In this document: in pieces, positions 57,950-64,000 of the stretch
How positions within the stretch are numbered: position 1 is the first letter of the stretch
How the letters are laid out: every line of letters begins with the position of its first letter
Assembly: GCA_013359225.1 (NCBI GenBank)
Contig: JABWCG010000004.1
Coordinates: 1,550 to 65,549 of the forward strand
Reading direction: 5' to 3'
Length of the DNA: 64,000 bases
From: Candidatus Buchananbacteria bacterium
GTDB taxonomy: Bacteria > Patescibacteriota > Patescibacteriia > Buchananbacterales > UBA6539
Notes under the pieces: generated by a model
The model's database searches: none
The model's input: the letters and a program-made list of their open reading frames with translations, nothing else
Told to the model about the DNA's origin: nothing
Position numbers and translations under genes: made by a program

Positions 57950-59953
57950 ATGAAACTAAAGAAAAAATTAAAAATTATTGCCGTTATTCCGGCTCGCTAT
58001 CAGTCATCCCGATTGCCTGGCAAGCCGTTGGCGTTGATTGATGGCAAGCCAATGATTCAGTGGGTCTATGAACGAACCAAGGCTTTTATAGATTTTGAAG
58101 ATGTGATTGTCGCCACTGATGATCGGCGGATATTTGATACAGTGTCGGCTTTCGGTGGCAAAGTTGAAATGACCAGCCCGGGCCACCTAACTGGTACGGA
58201 CCGGGTGGCTGAAGTGGCCGCCAGACATCCGGATGCTGATGTGGTTGTTAATGTGCAGGGTGATCATCCGTTTGTGGACAACAGCTTGTTTGAAAGACTG
58301 ATTGCGCCTTATTTTATGTATAACCCACCGGCGGTAGTAACGCTTGCCAGCCCTTTGGTGCTTAGTGATTTTACCAACGACAATGTGGTAAAAATTGTTT
58401 GTGATAACCGCGGTAGAGCGATTTCATTAACCAGAACATTAATATCCACTGACCAGTATCGGGCTAGTCGGCATATCGGGCTGTATGCCTTTAGGGCTAA
58501 GTCTTTACGTATTTATACAACATTAAAACAAAAACCGTTGGAGCTTGAACGGCACATTGAGATTTTAAGATTTTTAGAATATGGCTACCCCGTTTTGGCT
58601 ATCAGGGTTGAGGATGCCGGGTTAGCGGTCGACACCCCCCATGATTTAATTGCCGCCAATGATTTTGCCAAACAGGTAAAAACTAAAACGATAAAAAGAA
58701 TTATTTGTTGTCAGAGTACTCATGGTTTGTTAGCAGCGTTAGCCGCAGCTAAATTTATTGAATCTAAAACCACCGATCGGGTGGAATATGTAAATTATTT
58801 GGTGGTGTATGGATTAACCTGGCGACTAGACTTAGACGCACGAGACCAGGAAGTATTTTTGATGATTAAGCAGATGGCACAGGCAGTAATGCCGTGGGCA
58901 GCTGTGGCATATCTTTCAAATCGGACGTTTACTGAAGCATTAACTAAAGATTCAACTGTTAATTTAACGCAGCTGATATATAGTATTGTGGGAACCGAAA
59001 GTGCAAACGAAGTTTATCTGTGTCGTAATCGGGATTTTTTTGGTAGCCGGTTGTTACAGGCATACAATTCGGCAACAAAAGTATGTTACGGCGACGGGCT
59101 TGGTATTTACCACGATCAAGATGTTGTGACACACGAGTATTACCGAGAAAGCATTATGCAAAGTCTGGTTACCTTCCGTTGGTGGCGGCTGCTTAAATTG
59201 CTGATTCGCTGGGTTGACGTGTCATTAATCGATCGTGAACGCTTCCAAAATTTAACTTCCGGTTATCCGATTTTAAACAAAGCAAAGATTCGGCCGTATT
59301 ATCGCTATGCGTTTGATTTTGGGTGCTATCTTTTCCCCGATGGCATGGGGTTTGGTTCCGGGGACACTATTAGAAAATATCAATTGTCGCCAGATATCTT
59401 TGTGAAACTTATTGATATGATAGCCCAGTCATTTGATTATAGTTTTTTGGCGGATCTAAAAAATAAAATGATTGGCCGCAATGTGGTAGTATTCTTGTTG
59501 ACTGATTTTTCGCCCGGCCGAGAGCTTCAGCTGGCAGACGAAATCGCTGCTTATGGGGAATTTCTAGATAAAAAAGTTGATAAAAAGTCTTTGGTGCTGC
59601 TTAAGGTTCACCCAAAGACTGAGCAGTATAAAATTGATAAGCTAAAAACGTTTTTTATGCAAAAACACCCGGATGTTATGATGATTGATTACCGGCAATT
59701 TTTATATATGCCGTTTGAAATAGTATTTCAGGCCTTGTTTGCAGATTTGTTGGCTCAAAAAAAATGTAGAGTGCAGCTAGTTGCTTTCCGTACTTCAACG
59801 TTGGGAGTAGCAAAAATTTTTGGTGTTTCTTCGGCCATCGGCTTTGGCTCACAATTGGTGTTAAAATATTTTAACAAATCAAATATTTTGCATCGTCTGT
59901 GGGAAGAACACCTTACGAAAAAAGCCCTCCAAAAGATTATGGAGTCACGGTAA
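57950..59953 (+). CDS. fusion protein: N-terminal CMP-Kdo/CMP-nonulosonate synthetase-like cytidylyltransferase (about 240 aa) plus C-terminal roughly 430-aa uncharacterised domain (possible glycosyltransferase)
   Basis: KIIAVIPARYQSSRLPGKPL...VQGDHP motifs of KdsB/NeuA family; start at ATG 57950 (the tool ORF starts at GTG 57914). Confidence 0.5.
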   Translation: MKLKKKLKIIAVIPARYQSSRLPGKPLALIDGKPMIQWVYERTKAFIDFEDVIVATDDRRIFDTVSAFGGKVEMTSPGHLTGTDRVAEVAARHPDADVVVNVQGDHPFVDNSLFERLIAPYFMYNPPAVVTLASPLVLSDFTNDNVVKIVCDNRGRAISLTRTLISTDQYRASRHIGLYAFRAKSLRIYTTLKQKPLELERHIEILRFLEYGYPVLAIRVEDAGLAVDTPHDLIAANDFAKQVKTKTIKRIICCQSTHGLLAALAAAKFIESKTTDRVEYVNYLVVYGLTWRLDLDARDQEVFLMIKQMAQAVMPWAAVAYLSNRTFTEALTKDSTVNLTQLIYSIVGTESANEVYLCRNRDFFGSRLLQAYNSATKVCYGDGLGIYHDQDVVTHEYYRESIMQSLVTFRWWRLLKLLIRWVDVSLIDRERFQNLTSGYPILNKAKIRPYYRYAFDFGCYLFPDGMGFGSGDTIRKYQLSPDIFVKLIDMIAQSFDYSFLADLKNKMIGRNVVVFLLTDFSPGRELQLADEIAAYGEFLDKKVDKKSLVLLKVHPKTEQYKIDKLKTFFMQKHPDVMMIDYRQFLYMPFEIVFQALFADLLAQKKCRVQLVAFRTSTLGVAKIFGVSSAIGFGSQLVLKYFNKSNILHRLWEEHLTKKALQKIMESR

Positions 59954-59970
59954 ATTGGCCCACTTTTAAG

Positions 59971-61197
59971 CTAAAGGGTAAATATGCCGTCTTTGTAGAT
60001 GGTTTTTTGTTTGCCATTTTTGAGAGTGGCAATTACCTCTCGCTTGGCTGTTGAGATAATGTCGGTGTGGACAGTGCTGTCATTAAAGCCTAAACGTTTC
60101 CAGCCGGCTTTAGTGACTTTAGCCGCCGCACCGTCGTACGCATCGTGGTACGACGCCCCGAGCGCAATGTGAGTGTTGCCGTGCGGGCCGCCGATGTTTT
60201 CATCAAACAAAGTTTCGGCCATAAATTTAGTGATATGAGAAAATCGTTTGTCGGTTAGTGAAAACTCCCCCACCTTATCGGCATTGGGAGTGGCGATCAT
60301 GTTTTTTAAGAGTAACTCATTTTTTTTCGCCTTGCTTTTAATGACGTGGCCGTTTTTGAATTCCAGTTCAATGCCCGTAATTAAGTTGCCGTAGCGGTAG
60401 AGCGGTTGGTTAAATTTAATCCAGCCATTAGTTCCTCGCCAATCCGGCGAGGTAAAAATTTCAAAACTTGGAATGTTGTTTCCACGTCCTCCGAGGAAGC
60501 GGCGTTGGTCACCGATTGTGATATGTAAATCCGTATCCGGACCGACAACATGAACTTTTTTGATTTGTAATTTGTTTAGTTTATTGATGGTAACTTGAAT
60601 TTGTCCGGCGACGGCCTGCCATTTTTTGACTGGTGCGCCGTCGGTCAAAAAGCAGGCCTTGATAATTTGCTGCCAGTATTCTTCTAGGCTTAATCCGGCT
60701 TCGTCCGCCATCGCCTGGGTACCATAGAGCCCAAGCGTCCATGAAAACTTACCTTCGTTTTCTTTTCGTCGTCGCCAGTCTAGGTATGGCTTAAACGCCA
60801 GACCGCGCTGCATAATTTTTTGTGGATCAACTCCTTTAAGAGCGTGTTTGTCCGTTTCGGCGATAATGTAGATCATGTGATCAACCTGGTTGATGAGTCC
60901 GCGCATGTATTGTTTGGGGAAAAACGTCAACTGTTGATCGTTGGCCAGAACATAAAATTCCTTTTCAAATGGATAATCTTTGTCGGAATCAGGCCGGTAA
61001 TCGGTAATCACATGCCCGCCGGATTTCAACACCGCGCGGCGAATTGCCATGAGCAGTGGCTTGGCGGCTTCGCTGATCGTTAAATAGGCTGTCTCGTTTG
61101 GCCTAATCCCCTGGCCTTGATTGAGGGCAAAATTCACCAAGACGTCAGCGTAATTTTCTAAAATTTTGTTTGATGGTGTGTAGATCGTGTGTTTCAT
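59971..61197 (-). CDS. aminopeptidase (M29/AmpS-PepS-like)
   Basis: 408 aa with the M29 aminopeptidase-like layout; weak call. Confidence 0.4.
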   Translation of the reverse strand: MKHTIYTPSNKILENYADVLVNFALNQGQGIRPNETAYLTISEAAKPLLMAIRRAVLKSGGHVITDYRPDSDKDYPFEKEFYVLANDQQLTFFPKQYMRGLINQVDHMIYIIAETDKHALKGVDPQKIMQRGLAFKPYLDWRRRKENEGKFSWTLGLYGTQAMADEAGLSLEEYWQQIIKACFLTDGAPVKKWQAVAGQIQVTINKLNKLQIKKVHVVGPDTDLHITIGDQRRFLGGRGNNIPSFEIFTSPDWRGTNGWIKFNQPLYRYGNLITGIELEFKNGHVIKSKAKKNELLLKNMIATPNADKVGEFSLTDKRFSHITKFMAETLFDENIGGPHGNTHIALGASYHDAYDGAAAKVTKAGWKRLGFNDSTVHTDIISTAKREVIATLKNGKQKTIYKDGIFTL

Positions 61198-61376
61198 AGT
61201 ATTGGTATTATAGCAGTAGATTATCGGCTTGACTATTGGGTTAAAATATGCAAGAATAAAGCAACCTTACCTATCTATTGATAAATAAGGAATAGTCGAC
61301 GCTCGCGGCTCCGGCGATAAAATGGAGCCATTATTAATTCACTAGGTATTTTTTTATACCCTAAAAATATTACCCT

Positions 61377-61751
61377 ATGCTAAAAATTAGATTAGCCCGC
61401 GTGGGCAAGAAGAAACGACCGGCCTATCGATTTATCGTTTCAGAAAGCGCCCGCGACACCTACGGCAAAGCTTTGGAAATTCTTGGGCACTATAACCCCT
61501 TTACCAAAGTAACCGAGGTTAAAAAGGACCGCATTCTCCACTGGATCAGTAAAGGTGCTCAGCTTTCGCCAACGGTTCACAATATGTTGATTGATCAGAA
61601 CGTGATCAAGGCCGAAAAAGTTAAGGCGTCAAAATCAAAGAAGAAAGGCGCTGACGCAGAAAGCACTGCCGCCCCGGCGGCAGCTGAAAAACCGGCTGAG
61701 ACGCCCGCGGCAACTGAAGAAAAAAAGGAAGAAACTCCGGCCGCCTCATAA
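61377..61751 (+). CDS. rpsP: 30S ribosomal protein S16 with Ala/Glu/Lys-rich C-terminal extension
   Basis: MLKIRLARVGKKKRPAYRFIV... Confidence 0.85.
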   Translation: MLKIRLARVGKKKRPAYRFIVSESARDTYGKALEILGHYNPFTKVTEVKKDRILHWISKGAQLSPTVHNMLIDQNVIKAEKVKASKSKKKGADAESTAAPAAAEKPAETPAATEEKKEETPAAS

Positions 61752-61776
61752 AAACATAGTTTACGAATATAGTGTT

Positions 61777-61817
61777 AAGCACCTCCGACCAGTAATCGTC
61801 GGAGGTGCTTTGATTTG
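61777..61817 (+). terminator. Rho-independent terminator after rpsP
   Basis: aagcacctccgac ... gtcggaggtgctt 13-bp stem. Confidence 0.6.
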
Positions 61818-62058
61818 GCGGTGAATTTGACATTTGTCGGTACTTTGCTACGATAGTGATATGAAATTCAACCTATTAATGAAATCTTGTCAGTCATCAT
61901 CATTGTCATCAGGCCTCTCAAATTCTGGGGGAAGGTTGGTTTTTACCTAAATATAAAAGCAATTTAGTTAGCAATCAGCCTTTCACCTGTTGAGAGGCTG
62001 ATTTTTTAGCGTCAGAAGCTCTTTTCACTTGTTATCTAACGTTAAGGAGGGTGGTTTG

Positions 62059-63264
62059 ATGAAAGCGTTATTGCTGGATGGTCTTGACGGTGTTGCCGCC
62101 AACATTTTTGAAGCCGCGGGCATTGAAGTGACGCTGGCCAAAACAATTGACCGGCCGGATTTGCTTCGGCAGGTCGGCGCTTACCATTTTTTGGGAGTTC
62201 GCGGTGCGACGAAAATTGACCGTGAATTGCTGGATGCGGCCACCACCTTAGTGGCGGTTGGTCGTGGCGGTGCCGGTATGAACGGCATTGATGTTGACTA
62301 CGCGACGCAGCGGGGTGTAGTGGCGTTTAATACGCCCGGCGCCAACGCTGAGTCGGTGGCTGAATGTGTAATTGGGGTAATACTTGACGCCTTACACCGG
62401 TTGCACAAGGGGTCAACCGGCATGGCGCAGCACACTTGGCTCAAGAAACAGTGCAATGGCAATTCGCTTCGTGGCCGAACCGTCGGCGTTGTCGGTTTCG
62501 GCTATGTCGGCAAGTGGCTGGCCCGGTTGTTGGAACCGTTTGGCGTTCGGGTTTTGTCTTATGACATCAATCCGACAGCTGAACTGCCTTGGGTACCGTT
62601 TGTGCCGCTGCCGGCACTGCTGGCTGAGTCTGATGTCGTCAGTTTGCATTTGCCGCTGACTTCATCAACCCGCGGCCTGGTCAATGCCGACTTTCTAAAT
62701 CAGCTTAAACCCGGCGCGTTACTGGTGAATTTCGCCCGCGGTGAGCTGATTGACGAAGCAGCTGTGGTGGCGGCACTGGCCACTAATCAACTGTTTGGCT
62801 ACGCCACCGACGTATACCCTCAGGAACCGCCAACTGCTGAATACTATGCGGCTAGTCCGTTGTTTAGCCGGCCCGAGCTTTTTACCGATGGTCGACTGAT
62901 TATGACGCCGCATCTCGCAGCCAGTAGCGAAGAAGCACAGCAAACAGTTTCAGAAGCATTGGCCAAGCGCGCCGTCGCCTACCTGAAGGAAGGCAAAATC
63001 CCCTGGGGTGCTAATTTCCCGATTTTCTACCTAGCGAGCGTGGCTGATGCGCGGCTGATTGTTTTTCATCCCGACGAGCAAGGGATGGAAGCAGCGGTCC
63101 TGGGAGAGGTTAAGGGGTTTGCCAACATCGCCGCCAGCATTAATCAGCGCGTCGCACCGGGCGGCGTTGCCTATACCGTGATTGATGTTGACGGTGCACT
63201 TTCTCGTGAACTGATTAATCGGGTCAAGCATCTTCCCGGCGTTATTGCTGTTCATTGTGCTTAA
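62059..63264 (+). CDS. D-3-phosphoglycerate dehydrogenase-like 2-hydroxyacid dehydrogenase with C-terminal ACT-like domain; GC-rich (about 60%)
   Basis: NAD-binding GxGxxG (VGVVGFGYVG), catalytic region, AAGGAGG RBS 8 nt upstream of ATG (the tool ORF starts at upstream TTG). Confidence 0.6.
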   Translation: MKALLLDGLDGVAANIFEAAGIEVTLAKTIDRPDLLRQVGAYHFLGVRGATKIDRELLDAATTLVAVGRGGAGMNGIDVDYATQRGVVAFNTPGANAESVAECVIGVILDALHRLHKGSTGMAQHTWLKKQCNGNSLRGRTVGVVGFGYVGKWLARLLEPFGVRVLSYDINPTAELPWVPFVPLPALLAESDVVSLHLPLTSSTRGLVNADFLNQLKPGALLVNFARGELIDEAAVVAALATNQLFGYATDVYPQEPPTAEYYAASPLFSRPELFTDGRLIMTPHLAASSEEAQQTVSEALAKRAVAYLKEGKIPWGANFPIFYLASVADARLIVFHPDEQGMEAAVLGEVKGFANIAASINQRVAPGGVAYTVIDVDGALSRELINRVKHLPGVIAVHCA

Positions 63265-63271
63265 GGGCATT

Positions 63272-63306
63272 ACGGCTTGTTAATTTGATTAGCAAGCCGT
63301 TTTTAT
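63272..63306 (+). terminator. Rho-independent terminator after the serA-like gene
   Basis: acggcttg ... caagccgt stem plus TTTTTAT. Confidence 0.55.
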
Positions 63307-63322
63307 ATTGTTACTAATCACG

Positions 63323-63350
63323 TTGACAAATCAAATATTTATGCTATAAT
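63323..63350 (+). promoter_or_regulatory. consensus sigma70 promoter TTGACA-16-TATAAT upstream of the KH-domain gene
   Basis: Both hexamers perfect; about 150-nt leader to ATG 63500. Confidence 0.5.
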
Positions 63351-63499
63351 AGGTATGTTCCTTTCTTAATCCAAGGAACTTTACCAGACTGTTTTTCGAC
63401 AACCATCTTGGTTGTTTGTAAGGTCGGCAGTACTGGTTGCTATCGAAGTAATCGTTTTGTTGGTTAATGCTAATAAAACGAGGAACGAAATCTTGATAT

Positions 63500-63817
63500 A
63501 TGGCTGAAAAGTATTCCGATCAAGAGTTTGTCGAATACGTTGTTAGAGCGATTGTCGCTAATCCTAACGACGTCAAGACAGAGCGCAGCGTTGATGAGAT
63601 GGGTGTGTTAATCACCCTTCATCTTAACCCAGCTGATATGGGTTATGTTATTGGCCGACAGGGCCAAACAGCTCGTGCTATTCGAACCCTGCTTAAAATT
63701 GTAGGTGCTAAGAATAACGCCCGAGTTAACCTAAAGATCCATGAACCAGAAGGTTCACGACGATCTTCAAGATCTGCTGACGCTGACACTTCAGTTGTCG
63801 ACGATCTCAAAATCTAA
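63500..63817 (+). CDS. khpA: KH-domain RNA-binding protein (KhpA/YlqC, UPF0109)
   Basis: VVRAIVANPNDVKTERSVDEMGVLITLHLNPADMGYVIGRQGQTARAIRTLL KH core; usual neighbour of rpsP. Confidence 0.7.
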   Translation: MAEKYSDQEFVEYVVRAIVANPNDVKTERSVDEMGVLITLHLNPADMGYVIGRQGQTARAIRTLLKIVGAKNNARVNLKIHEPEGSRRSSRSADADTSVVDDLKI

Positions 63818-63834
63818 CCTATTAGATTTTTAAC

Positions 63835-63868
63835 AAAACCCCGCCTTTGGGCGGGGTTTTGTTTTAGT
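63835..63868 (+). terminator. Rho-independent terminator
   Basis: aaaaccccgcc tttg ggcggggtttt plus T-run. Confidence 0.7.
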
Positions 63869-63883
63869 TTTATAAAATGATAA

Positions 63884-64000
63884 GATAAATAAATGACTCA
63901 GCTAACCGAAAATCAACTTGAAACTCCAGTCGCCTTTTTTATCTATCGCCGAGCGAGCCTGACGGCTAAGTCGTTTGCCGCCATCAGTGAGGTTCGACCA
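63884..64000 (+). CDS. 5'-partial CDS running off the window (unknown; rimM would be expected here by synteny)
   Basis: ATG at 63884, open to the window end; only 39 codons visible. Confidence 0.25.

Noticed and set aside
53909-59953. Idea of a sialic-acid (NanA plus NeuA plus sialyltransferase) cluster
   Set aside because: The aldolase aligns motif-for-motif with DapA rather than specifically NanA. It is separated from the cytidylyltransferase gene by the SMC gene and lies on the opposite strand.
1-64000. CRISPR arrays, integrases, transposases, reverse transcriptases
   Set aside because: No regularly spaced direct repeats. No recombinase, transposase or RT motifs detected in any frame on inspection.

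Overview
This 64-kb window reads as a chromosomal segment from a small-genome bacterium. Gene content (short 249-aa YidC, many tandem TrbC/VirB2-like pilins, abundant GT-C/GT2 envelope glycosyltransferases, few biosynthetic genes) suggests a CPR/Patescibacteria-like organism; this is inference. The window spans the replication-origin neighbourhood: dnaN, dnaA, then the divergent rpmH-rnpA-yidD-yidC operon, with a consensus DnaA box TTATCCACA. Housekeeping genes present: polA, holA, rpsT, rpsP, khpA, ruvC, yebC, PBP1A, galU, truD, an SMC-like ATPase, dapA. The background is about 42-48% GC and carries several compositionally distinct inserts. (1) A roughly 33% GC island at 9.7-13.5 kb carries a secreted S8 subtilase with a PPC tail next to a secreted BsuPI-like protease-inhibitor protein. 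It sits beside a SET-domain protein and an odd tRNA-Ser locus. (2) Four GC-rich (55-62%) genes or cassettes lie at 21.8-22.4, 50.2-51.0, 53.9-55.4 and 62.0-63.3 kb. One of them (serA-like) interrupts the conserved rpsP-khpA operon. The most striking native structure is an array of 10 tightly packed paralogous small secreted two-TM pilin-like genes (TrbC/VirB2-like, 17.75-22.99 kb), plus an 11th near-identical inverted copy at 6.0-6.4 kb. This array is followed by a 11-kb envelope-glycosylation block: three tandem Dpm1-like GT2 genes, five large GT-C-like membrane proteins including tandem paralogs, and PGI/PMI. The tRNA locus at 15.2-15.4 kb is unusual. A complete tRNA-Ser(CGA) flanked by a perfect 14-bp inverted repeat sits between the 5' half (acceptor plus D arm) and 3' half (T arm plus acceptor plus CCA) of a second tRNA-Ser-like sequence. 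All functional calls are motif- and architecture-based and were not database-verified.
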